Of a DNA stretch of 64,000 nt, positions 40,295-50,014 are shown one piece after another; position 1 is the stretch's first letter, and each line of letters opens with the position of its first letter. Source of the DNA: a virus (Duplodnaviria; Caudoviricetes); IMG/VR virus record IMGVR_UViG_3300044259_000047, positions 22,060-86,059 of that record; one strand, 5' to 3'. The notes beneath the pieces are model-generated. The model saw nothing but the letters and a program-made list of their open reading frames with translations, had not been told where the DNA came from and did no database searches. The position numbers and the translations under genes were made by a program.

Positions 40295-40487
40295 ATCTTT
40301 CTGAAACCTACTAATCAAAAATAGGCTTTAGAAAGATGCAGCTATCAACAGGAGAATGAATTAATAGCTGCACATAGCTCTACAACATGGAGGAGAAAGA
40401 CACATTGTAGAGAGATAGCTTCACGTATGAGAGGAGAAACAAAACGTGAAGCATACACATCGTTACTTGCTTTATTTCGCTGATGTG
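40295..40487 (-). ncRNA. five-hairpin array; three loops carry anti-Shine-Dalgarno UUCUCCU
   Basis: Stems at 40337-40372, 40378-40412 and 40418-40452; G.U pairs favour the - strand. Confidence 0.65.
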
Positions 40488-40491
40488 GATT

Positions 40492-40563
40492 CATTCCCGG
40501 CAAGGGTCGAACTTGCAACCAGAATCTTAGAAGGATTCTGCTCTACCATTGAGCTACGAGAAT
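40492..40563 (-). tRNA. tRNA-Arg(UCU)
   Basis: TAGCTCAATGGTAGAGC D arm, GAATC-CTTCTAA-GATTC anticodon arm, TTCGA; no encoded CCA. Confidence 0.9.
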
Positions 40564-40572
40564 ATTCTTTTA

Positions 40573-41133
40573 TTATGTAAGATAGACATCGATCACGGTT
40601 CTGATACTTCCGCGTCCGACTCCGAGTTTTCTGGCTAATCCTAGAGACCCGAACTCTCTGCTACCCTTAACGTAATTATTTTTAATATAATTAACTTGAT
40701 CTTCTGTCAACCTGAATTGTGAATTCTCAAGACCATACTTAGGATTTACCACCTGCAATCCATTCAAAACTGCATGCTGTGCATTTTGCTTCGGTGTGCA
40801 CCATTCTAGATTAGAAACATGATTATTTGTTTTATTACAATCTTTGTGGTTTACCAAAACAACGCCATATACGTGTTTCGAGCACTCGTCTATCATTTCT
40901 TGAGAAGGTGGTTCCAGAAATGCTTCAGCTACCATTCTGTGAACTTTGAATAGTTTTGCCTTTCCATCCCTTCCACCAATCCTAGTTGCAAAGGAAGGAT
41001 AACCGCCTGTTTTAGAGTTGATAAGTTTTATTGGTCTATTTCTAGTCTTAGACCAAACGTTACCAAAATTACTAACCATAAAGCGGTCTTCGTACCCAAC
41101 AACATCTTTCCAAATTTCAATTTCTTCTTGCAT
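40573..41133 (-). CDS. NUMOD4-HNH homing endonuclease in the tRNA cluster
   Basis: EIWKDV.GYE..F.VSN.G, VHRMVA.AF, VNHKD.NK.NN...NLEWCT. Confidence 0.88.
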   Translation of the reverse strand: MQEEIEIWKDVVGYEDRFMVSNFGNVWSKTRNRPIKLINSKTGGYPSFATRIGGRDGKAKLFKVHRMVAEAFLEPPSQEMIDECSKHVYGVVLVNHKDCNKTNNHVSNLEWCTPKQNAQHAVLNGLQVVNPKYGLENSQFRLTEDQVNYIKNNYVKGSREFGSLGLARKLGVGRGSIRTVIDVYLT

Positions 41134-41274
41134 TTAAAACCTCTATAGTCAAATTACTCAATGTCGCAACAGGGACACGGAACAAACCCTACAAAGAGTA
41201 ATTTGCCATAAAAGTCTTTCTGTTGCGTGTTTTTAACGACTGTTGCGCAGCCGATAAATCTTTAAAATAGGTTC

Positions 41275-41347
41275 TTGGCCCAAGCAGGTTCGAACTGCTA
41301 CTGTAGGAATTATGAGTTCCCCGTACTTCCAATTATACGATAGGCCA
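41275..41347 (-). tRNA. tRNA with CAU anticodon (Met or Ile2)
   Basis: GGAA-CTCATAA-TTCC anticodon arm, AGCAG-TTCGAAC-CTGCT T arm; no encoded CCA. Confidence 0.8.
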
Positions 41348-41371
41348 TCGGAATAATTTACCTTATACATA

Positions 41372-41400
41372 ATTGTAACATTATTACATCACAATTGCAA
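41372..41400 (-). promoter_or_regulatory. sigma70-like promoter for the tRNA cluster
   Basis: TTGCAA-17-TACAAT. Confidence 0.7.
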
Positions 41401-41403
41401 GCA

Positions 41404-41595
41404 TTATTCTAAATATTTTTCAGGAACATAGAATTCATCACAAATTTCTTGAAACTGATAATGATGTGGCTCATAGTCATCAATGCAATAAACCACAGAT
41501 AGACACTTACTACATAGGTCTTCTTCACTACCATCATCTTGTGAAATCTTTACATCTCTCCAAGTCATGGGAACATTACAACATTTACATCTCAT
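41404..41595 (-). CDS. small zinc-finger protein
   Basis: MRCKCC...DLCSKC. Confidence 0.65.
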   Translation of the reverse strand: MRCKCCNVPMTWRDVKISQDDGSEEDLCSKCLSVVYCIDDYEPHHYQFQEICDEFYVPEKYLE

Positions 41596-41699
41596 TGAAT
41601 AACTCCTTTGTTGTTATTCTTGTTTGAGTTATTTGTTTAACTGGTAAACATAAGTATATCAAGGAAAATCTAAAAATGCAAGCTTTTACATAAAATATT

Positions 41700-41975
41700 T
41701 TAACTTGTGTAAGACTCCCAATCATCCGTATCAAAATAGAGATAGAAGTCAGAAAGCAGATAACCGAAATAACCATCAGCCTTATGGAAAACTACAGGAT
41801 CACCAAATGTCCAATCATCAACAAAATAATCTTCTACCTTTGTGTTTGTATTCTTAGCAATCCATTGAAGCTCTTTAAAATATAGGGGTGTGTTTGATTC
41901 TCTGTATTTAACCCATTCTTGACCTAGGGATAGTATTTCTTGTTTCTCTGGTTGTTCATAGAATTTATATTTCAT
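41700..41975 (-). CDS. hypothetical protein
   Basis: 91-aa ORF. Confidence 0.6.
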   Translation of the reverse strand: MKYKFYEQPEKQEILSLGQEWVKYRESNTPLYFKELQWIAKNTNTKVEDYFVDDWTFGDPVVFHKADGYFGYLLSDFYLYFDTDDWESYTS

Positions 41976-42027
41976 CTTAATCTCTTATTTACTAAATATT
42001 TGTATTATTTATTACTTAATCTTATAT

Positions 42028-42445
42028 ACTTCCAACTGAGTTCAGATAAGAACTTCAGATAAAAGAAACCCTTACCCAGCCATACAAAGCTAACGCTCTG
42101 CCTAAGACTGAGTAGAGTACCTTATCTGATAGCTTTTATCTGCCTCTATCCGTTATGATAGATTCTTCCAACTTGAGACGAGATTAAGAGGATCTTTCAA
42201 TCCTACGGTCTGCACGGATCACACAGCCGTCTTCAGGACAATAACACGTTCAATGTATTGCCTTGCTACATTGCATATCGCACAGCCTTGACGGGCTGAC
42301 AGGGAGGTAGTAGCTTTCAGTTTACCTTGCAGACTGTCCCATCACTCACAGTAGTCCGCTTGTTTAAGCTTGTCGCTGCCAGGTCATGCAGGAAGCAGAA
42401 GCCACCACATTAGCCGACCAACAAGCCGATCAAAATAAATTTGAA
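42028..42445 (-). ncRNA. candidate ~420-nt structured ncRNA
   Basis: No ORF in the track, GC-enriched, many stems with G.U on the - strand, directly downstream of TTGTAC-17-TATAAT. Confidence 0.55.
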
Positions 42446-42450
42446 GTAAT

Positions 42451-42643
42451 ATTATACACCTAAAGCGAAGAGAGTACAAGGAATAAATCCTTTATATTTT
42501 ATCTCTACCTTCCCATACAAGTATACCACTGTTTCAGTAGTATGGCAAGCATTATTTTAATCTTTACACAACCTTTACATTTCTGCGGCTACACAAAAAT
42601 ATTTCCAAAACCCCTTGCATCCCTCCCCTACCACTGCTATCCT
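42451..42643. promoter_or_regulatory. divergent promoter region
   Basis: - strand TTGTAC-17-TATAAT (42479-42451) and TTGCCA-17-TATACT (42548-42520); + strand TTGCAT-17-TATCCT (42615-42643). Confidence 0.75.
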
Positions 42644-42708
42644 ATACCCCGTACAGCACAGAGATGTGCAAACATAAATGAAATGTCTGAAGTACTTAGG
42701 AGAGAAAG

Positions 42709-43957
42709 ATGAAATTTTTAGAATGGTTGTTCGGATCAATCCCATCACAGAAGCCACCTGTACGCAACCCACAACCTAAAGAACCTATTGATCCAATGGT
42801 TGGAGAGCCAGTGATTTCTTTTGTCAGGTGCTTGAATAATAACCCAAAACGGTTTAAGCTTTCATTCCACAACTACTCTTACGCAAAAGAAAGTGGTTTG
42901 TGGGGAGAGATTTACGATTGGATGAGCAAAGATAATAGTTATACAGGATATGCTAAACTATTGGACAGACAGAATGGCGATGTGTATTATGGAATTGTAC
43001 ATAAAGGTGAGCTTTATAGTGTAAACGGTGTAGGCTTTTCTTTAAATGGTTGGGAGTTACGTTACATCAAGAAAGCTTTTAATAGCTTTAGGATGCAGGC
43101 TTTGAAACGTCTGTCAAAAATGCGTGAGGTGGCTATTAAACTTTGGCGTGAAGAAAAAGATAAAGCAGAGAAAATTGAACGCTTAAAGTTAATGGAGAAA
43201 TTCCAATGAAAATTATACCAAACACCCCTTTTGGTTGGCCTTGGTTTGTAGAACAAGTAAAAAGCTTGACAACACGCCCACTCTCAGCAGATAATTACTC
43301 AGTGATGATGAGAGAATATTACATTCTTGGAAAAACACCACAGGATTACGTGGACAGCTTGAAATAATGAGAAATAAGGAGAATTGTGTGGAGAGTTATT
43401 TGGATAGGTTGGCATTACTACCTATAGTTAAAAGAGAAATTTATGGGTATGATTTAAACAACAAACCAAATGATTGGTGCGTATGGACTGATATTGGATA
43501 CTCTGTTGAACTTTGGTGTTGGCAAGAAAATGACGAACACTTGAGAAAACGGTTAAAGGAATTGAGAAATGTCTAAAATCAAAATCATTGAACGTCCATA
43601 TGGAAAGAAACGTTATTGTGTGTATTTTGGAAAGCATTTGATGGACCGGTTTAGCAGTAAAGAGAATGCGAATCATTATGCTAGTATGTATTTGGTTCCT
43701 CCGTACAGTGTCGAAGCAAATAAGTGGTACAGTTAATGAAAGAGTCTGACTGGAAGCAAGGTTTGATGTGGGCAGAACACCTACACACCGTAGGTGATTT
43801 CTTAGGGTTAAGGGTTCCATTAAAAATAATTCTGAGCTATGCTAATGAAGAAAGCTGGGACAGGTACATAGCAGAAGAAATTACAGATAGGTTTGAATTT
43901 ATTGATGGTGCTCATAGTTACGCTGAGCATGTTTGGCAAAGACTTAAAGGAGAGTAG
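42709..43957 (+). CDS. cluster of hypothetical proteins (42709-43209, 43367-43576, 43569-43723, 43736-43957)
   Basis: Small ORFs, mostly with RBSs; TTGACA promoter near 43266. Confidence 0.6.
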
Positions 43958-43958
43958 A

Positions 43959-44540
43959 ATGAAATACGAACTACCAATGCTCCACCCCTTCACACGAGAG
44001 CCTGTCACCTTTCAGATGAGTGAATTTGTTTATAAAGCTTATCAGTTTGCAAAGAAAGCTCACGAAGGTCAGAAGCGCAAATATACAAATGAGCCTTATA
44101 TTTATCATCCTGTAGAGGTTATGAGTATTGTTTCAACAGTCCCTCATACTGATAGGATGCTAGCAGCCGCACTTCTTCACGATACGAGGGAAGATTGTGG
44201 AGTTACTTATCAAGAGATAGACGAAGAATTTGGACCTTTTGTTGCCATGTTTGTAGATGACCTTACTGACATATCAAAACCTGAAGATGGTAACAGAGCT
44301 AAACGTAAGGAAATCGATAGGCAACATACTGCAAAAGCTCTTCCATTTTCAAAAACAATCAAGCTTGCAGACCTTATCAGCAATAGCCGTTCAATTGTAA
44401 AGCATGATAAAGACTTTGCTCGTGTTTACATTAAAGAAAAAGAATTGCTGCTTGAGGTGTTGACAGAAGGTGATTCTACATTGTACGCTATGGCTAAACA
44501 AATCGTTGAAGATGCTAAGAAGGATTTGGGACTAGAATGA
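43959..44540 (+). CDS. RelA/SpoT HD-domain hydrolase (small alarmone hydrolase, Mesh1-like)
   Basis: A..FA..AH.GQ.RK...EPYI.HP, AALLHD..ED, IKLAD..SN. Confidence 0.88.
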   Translation: MKYELPMLHPFTREPVTFQMSEFVYKAYQFAKKAHEGQKRKYTNEPYIYHPVEVMSIVSTVPHTDRMLAAALLHDTREDCGVTYQEIDEEFGPFVAMFVDDLTDISKPEDGNRAKRKEIDRQHTAKALPFSKTIKLADLISNSRSIVKHDKDFARVYIKEKELLLEVLTEGDSTLYAMAKQIVEDAKKDLGLE

Positions 44541-44671
44541 AAACACCACGGTAAATTAAGCGATTTAAGACGTTTCAATCTCTACCCAGTACCCTATATC
44601 AAAATAGAAGAGAACGTTGGTATAAACGCAGCATAGAGCCTAGAAAAGTAATATTTGGAAGGAGATATAAG

Positions 44672-45606
44672 ATGGTAGTAGATATTGATGAATTATTTGA
44701 GTTGAAAAAGAAGCTTTGGGAGATTAATCAAGAGGATCTTTCTGATATTGTTTGGATGAGAAATGGACAAGTGTTAAAATTTGATGAATCTGATTTACAG
44801 GATTGGAGATTTACAGGGTTGTCCAACACATCGTTTCCTGAATTCTATGTGGATGAAGAATAATGACATACATCCTAGCATACCTGCTCATCGGCTTTTG
44901 CACATACATGCTTATGAAGAATTGGTTGTATAAACTTACAGCACCAATCGGAGGCTTTTATACTGGTATTCAAGAATTATTCTCAGCAATGGATGAACAA
45001 GATATTGAAGATGGTAAGATTCCTGACGAACGGTGGAAAGTAATTCCTGAAAACTTTACAGTAGCGACTGTTTTAACATTATTGATGATTTGGTGTTGCA
45101 TTTCTTGGCCTGTTACGCTATTATGGATGGCATGGCAACAGATTAATAAGAAAACTTGGGAGGATTTGATTTATGAAGATGATTAAAGTTATTGGAGTTT
45201 TTGGTGTTATGCTCCTTGCTGGATGTGAGCAATATGTTGCAAACCCCAAGGACTTAAGCGAGAAGATGGATAAATGCGATTCTGTTGGAATGAGTACTAT
45301 CCTGTTAATAACCGATTCAGTTAGTGGGGATGTTAAGGTTAAATGTGTGGAGAAATGGAAATGAAACAAGAGGATATTGATTTCCTAACAATTCGTGTTG
45401 ATCCAAAGAAAGAATGTGGTAGTATTCAATCAATTGTTTCAGAAGGTGATTTACGGACATTAAGCTTTGATTCGGTAGCTAAAAGAATCATTATGAATCT
45501 TCTGAATGACAGGCAAGCTATTTTAAAGGAGAATAAAAATCTCAGTGCCTATTTGAAGAAGCATGGTATATACTGTGAAGAAGCTGTGTTTGGAGAGACT
45601 AAATGA
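44672..45606 (+). CDS. four hypothetical proteins including a membrane protein (44863-45186) and a lipoprotein (45173-45364)
   Basis: TM helices; lipobox LLAG-C. Confidence 0.6.
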
Positions 45607-46289
45607 TTTTTAAACTATACAACGGCGACTGCCTAGAAGAAATCAAAAAGGTTGCAGACAATTCTGTTAACTTAGTGCTGACCGACCCACCTTATAATAT
45701 TGCACGTAAAAATAACTTCCACACCATGGGGAGAGCGGGGATCGATTTTGGTGAGTGGGATAAAGGTTTTGACTTATTCTCTTATATTAAAGAGATTCCT
45801 CGGATTCTGCATAAAGACGGCTCAGTGATCATCTTTAATGATTGGAAAAATATCGGAGAAATTGCAAAATGCTGTGAAGAAAATGGACTGATTATCAAAG
45901 ATATGATTCGTTGGGAGAAATCTAACCCGATGCCTCGTAATAAAGACCGTAGATACATTACTGACTATGAGGTGGCAGTGTGGTGTACTAATACCAAAGC
46001 TAAATGGACCTTTAATCCACAGAGTGAAACATACGATCGACCTAAGTTTACTGGCAGTCTAACACCATCAAGTGAGAAGACAGGGCACACCACGCAAAAG
46101 CCTATCTATCTAATGGAACAACTTTTAAAAATCCATAGTAATAAAGGAGATACTGTTCTAGATATGTTCATGGGAAGTGGGACAACCGGTGTGGCCTGTA
46201 AGAATCTTAATCGTAATTTTATTGGTATTGAATTAGACAAAAATTATTTTGAAAGTGCTAAGTCTAGGATTGAGGGGATAAAACAATGA
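45603..46289 (+). CDS. orphan N4-cytosine/N6-adenine DNA methyltransferase (beta class)
   Basis: DPPY, H.TQKP, VLD.FMGSGTT..A, GIE. Confidence 0.92.
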   Translation: MIFKLYNGDCLEEIKKVADNSVNLVLTDPPYNIARKNNFHTMGRAGIDFGEWDKGFDLFSYIKEIPRILHKDGSVIIFNDWKNIGEIAKCCEENGLIIKDMIRWEKSNPMPRNKDRRYITDYEVAVWCTNTKAKWTFNPQSETYDRPKFTGSLTPSSEKTGHTTQKPIYLMEQLLKIHSNKGDTVLDMFMGSGTTGVACKNLNRNFIGIELDKNYFESAKSRIEGIKQ

Positions 46290-48001
46290 TTTACATTTTA
46301 GCTTGGCTCTTATGCGGTGTATGTTCTTTTTATCTCTTAAAATCTTTCCTCTATCGCATCACAGAAAATCAAGGAGGGTTGTTCCATTGTATTCAAGAAT
46401 TATTCGAGCAAATGGATAAGGAAGAAATTGAAAAGAATGGATATACAGACGAAACATGGAAATTAGCTGATGAAAATACAATGTTGGCTGTTGTTCATAC
46501 ACTATTTATTGTAATGAACTTAATTATCTGGCCATTGGTACTTGCAGCTTTGCTTTATTGGATGTATACTGGTGCTACTTGGGACCAATTGATTTATGAG
46601 AAGGAGAAACGAGATGATTGAAGTAAAAGCAATTAGTTTTGGTTTTGAAAATTGCGAAAGTGTAGAAGTTCCAATTGAGTACGTTTGGCATTTTTCAATT
46701 AACGAAATTACAAAACTTAAAACATACCACTGTTCAAACGGAATTAATGAATATTCTGTTGTAAATAAGCTCCATGTACAATTTGAGAAAAAGTTTGACG
46801 ACTATACAGAACAGTCTGAGTATGGGGATTTTGTAATTGCTCGACTTTCTAAGTACAATGACATTTGCTGGTTTGGTATTATTTACCAAGATGGTAGTAA
46901 AGAAAACTACATGGTTGCATGGAAAGGGGAAGATCAGCACAGTAATTCTGCACAGAAAACAACTCACGAAGAGTGGGGACTTTTGATTGAGGTGGGTTAT
47001 GAATGACACTCACGTTTTGAAAAACAGTCTTAAAATTCTATATGCCGATCATCCTGAAATCCTATTGATGCTTGATCAGATTTCATTTGATAAATTGAAT
47101 GTACAATGGAAACAAGAATTATTTTCAAGAATTAATCCAGAAACTTATTATTTGGTTGAAGAATTTCTTGCATCTGAGATTTATGCTAACTATACTCAAG
47201 CGGTTCATGCAGCCACACTAGCAATGACTAGACCCCTCAGCGATTTGATGAGCTTTGTACTTGAAACTAATAAAGGAGAAATTAATTGAAATTTAGTATT
47301 CGCTTAAGTGAACAAGAATGCAATGATGTATTTGGAGCTATCAAGGCAGAACATGATTTTCCAATTGTCATTAATGGACGTAAGTTCGATTGTCATACAG
47401 CGGCTATGTCAAGCTACTCGAATGGAAATGGTTGGTTTGGTCCAGAAAGCATGGAACTAGAAATTGACGGTTATGGTGAAGACAAGAAAGCCGAGGAAAT
47501 TGCACAAGCTAAGGCTGAAGTGAATCGTACGAAGGAAGCACATAAAAAAGCCCAGCGTAAACTAAGCGCTTTGATGGAGGACAAGTAATGTCAACTAAAG
47601 CTCAATACCAATCCGTCCTAGCCGACATGAATGCTTTGGAAACTCATGTTGATGAATCTGTTGTTATCATCTCGAACATAGAAGATGATCCTGAAGTATT
47701 CCAATATACAGACAATATATACACACAAATTGCTAATATTAAATCATGGAGTAGCAGTAAAATAAATGAGATTGAGAAGCAAGAGATGCTTGAGGTATTT
47801 CTAGCACAAATGAGGGGTTTATTTATTGAATATGGGGCTAAGCTTGAAATTGTTAGTGCTGCTGAGGGTGTAGGGTATGGTCTTCAGTATGGGGAAGGTG
47901 GTGCTAGTGAGAGTGCAGGATTTAAGCTAACAATTGAGAAAGAAGGGTTGACTGTTTCTAAAATCTATGAAACAATGATTCTGCAAGGCGATAATATTTA
48001 A
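46286..48001 (+). CDS. five hypothetical proteins (46286-46621 membrane, 46614-47006, ~46999-47289, 47286-47588, 47588-48001)
   Basis: Coupled ORFs with RBSs. Confidence 0.6.
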
Positions 48002-48009
48002 GGAGAGTT

Positions 48010-49187
48010 ATGGAAACAGAAGATTTTTACGCAAAACATATTGGTGAGGTGTATGGTAGGCTGACAATCAAAGGTGTTGTACGTAATCCTAAACCTAAAT
48101 TTGTATGTGATTGCAGTTGTGGAAATGAAACGGTAAGTGATGTGCATAGTATTTTGGGAGGCAAAACACAATCCTGTCGGTGCTTGCAAAAAGAACTCAT
48201 CAAAGAAAATGGCAAGAATAATCTTAAGCCCGCTGTTGCTATTGGAGAGAAGTTTAGGAATACAAAGGGATTGACTTTTGAAATCGTAGAGTATGTGCGG
48301 TCACATGAAGTTAAGGTTAGGTTTGTAGAGTCTGGATTTGAGGTATGGGCAGCCGTAAGGGAAATCAAGAAGGGTAAAATTAGGGATTGGATTGCAACAC
48401 CACTGCTTGAAGTTAAACACTATGTAAAGACTGGGGAGAAGCGCAAGCCTGCTGTAGAAGTAGGTCAAGTAATTGAGAACTTCTATGGTTGTAAGTTTAA
48501 GGTTATTGAACAACTACCTAATGCAAAGTGTAAAATTAAATTTTTGGATGAATTTGGTTATGAAAAAGTAGTATTACGAAGCGATGCAAAACAGGGTATT
48601 AGGAATCCATACCGAAGGGGTTATTCTGGTATAGGTTATTTGGGAGAGGGGTACTACAGCCCAGAGAATTCTAGGCAGATCTTCACAATTTGGAGTAATA
48701 TGCTAACACGCTGTTATGATGAAGAATCACTCAAGAAAAATATCACATATGTCGGTTGTTCTGTTGACAGTATATGGCACAGCTTCCAGAATTTTGCAAT
48801 GTGGTGTGAGTACCAGCCTGAATTTAAAACAAAGACTGGTGCCTAGATAAAGATATTGCAGAAAGGAGTAACAAGGTGTATTCTCCAGATACTTGTTCTT
48901 TTGTACCGGTTGAGATTAATAATCTGTTTACGCTGCGAGGTAACAAGCGAGGAGAGTATCCATTAGGTGTTCACAAAGAAAAGAAATCAGGACGATTTAT
49001 TGCCCAGATTAATAGAGAAGGACGAAGGATTTGTCTAGGAAGATATGACACACCCGAAGCTGCATTCTTGGTTTATAAAGATGCAAAAGAAAAAGTAATT
49101 AAAGATCTAGCAAACAAGTACAAAGGCAGTATTAACTCAGCTGTTTATGAGTCCCTAATTAATTGGAACGTAGAGGTAACTGACTGA
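48010..49187 (+). pseudogene. HNH-like/AP2 homing endonuclease split by a frameshift near 48826-48829
   Basis: The -1 frame restores EFKNKDWCLDKDI...NKVYSPDTC.FVP, as in 3812-4444. Confidence 0.78.
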
Positions 49188-50011
49188 TGGGTGCCAAGCA
49201 GAGACACATTATGATGGAAGTAGACGGAATGGAAATTGCCGTTCCACGGGTCCGCACACGTAAGACTAAAGCAGGAGGCTCAGCTACAAAAGAGAAGTTT
49301 GAAGCAGAGAAAGAATTTAATTCAATGCCCTTCAAGCCAATTGGAGATGCCCAAGAACTTGGCGCTAAGTATTTGAAGGAGGGTCGGAAGATTGTTTGCC
49401 TCCAAGGTCCAGCAGGGGGTGGTAAGTCAATTCTAGCTGCATGGCACGCTGCAAACTTGCTTAAAGCTAAAGAAATTGATAAAGTGTATCTTGTCCGTCC
49501 TTATGAATCTTGCGGGCGAACAATCGGGGCAGTACCTGGGACAGAGGCCGAAAAGCTCTCTGTAATCTTTACTAGCATCTTGGAGCACCTAACCAAGTTC
49601 CTTGGAAAAGCACAGCTTGCATATATGCTTGAGAAAAAGATTATAGAATTCAAAAGCGTAGAATGGATGAGGGGATTCAGTTTCGAGGATGGCTGTTTTG
49701 TCCTTTGTGAAGAAAGTCAAGGGTTTGATACGGACTTGATGCAAATGCTTACTACGCGGGTTGGGGACGGTGCTCAGCTCTGCCTGACGGGCGATTGGCG
49801 TCAAAAGGATATCAGAAAAGAAACAGGCCTTCTATATCTTGACGGACTATTGAAAAGCATTAAAGAAAATCCTCCAAAGTTTTTGGATGAAGAAGATATT
49901 CGTGAGCTAGAGAACAATATTGGATTTGTGAACTTCACATTTGAAGATAGTGGTCGTCGTAGCAAACTAACTAAAGCACTTGTTAAAGCATTTTATTACG
50001 AGAAGGGTTAA
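49187..50011 (+). CDS. phoH: PhoH-like ATPase
   Basis: GPAGGGKS, RP, MRG.SF, EESQ, TRVG, GD..Q.D. Confidence 0.9.
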   Translation: MGAKQRHIMMEVDGMEIAVPRVRTRKTKAGGSATKEKFEAEKEFNSMPFKPIGDAQELGAKYLKEGRKIVCLQGPAGGGKSILAAWHAANLLKAKEIDKVYLVRPYESCGRTIGAVPGTEAEKLSVIFTSILEHLTKFLGKAQLAYMLEKKIIEFKSVEWMRGFSFEDGCFVLCEESQGFDTDLMQMLTTRVGDGAQLCLTGDWRQKDIRKETGLLYLDGLLKSIKENPPKFLDEEDIRELENNIGFVNFTFEDSGRRSKLTKALVKAFYYEKG

Positions 50012-50014
50012 AGT

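Noticed and set aside
40337-40452. CRISPR mini-array, or a + strand CsrA/RsmA sponge (GGA loops)
   Set aside because: The stems differ in sequence, so there is no direct repeat, and no cas genes are present. G.U asymmetry and the tRNA operon direction favour the - strand. The sponge reading is less likely but not excluded.
41228-41253. Pistol ribozyme (hairpin followed by UUAAA)
   Set aside because: P2/P3 and the spacing of the pseudoknot partner do not fit
48820-48835. Programmed -1 frameshift heptamer
   Set aside because: T_TTA_AAA is not in the reading frame of the upstream ORF, and no clear stimulator is visible
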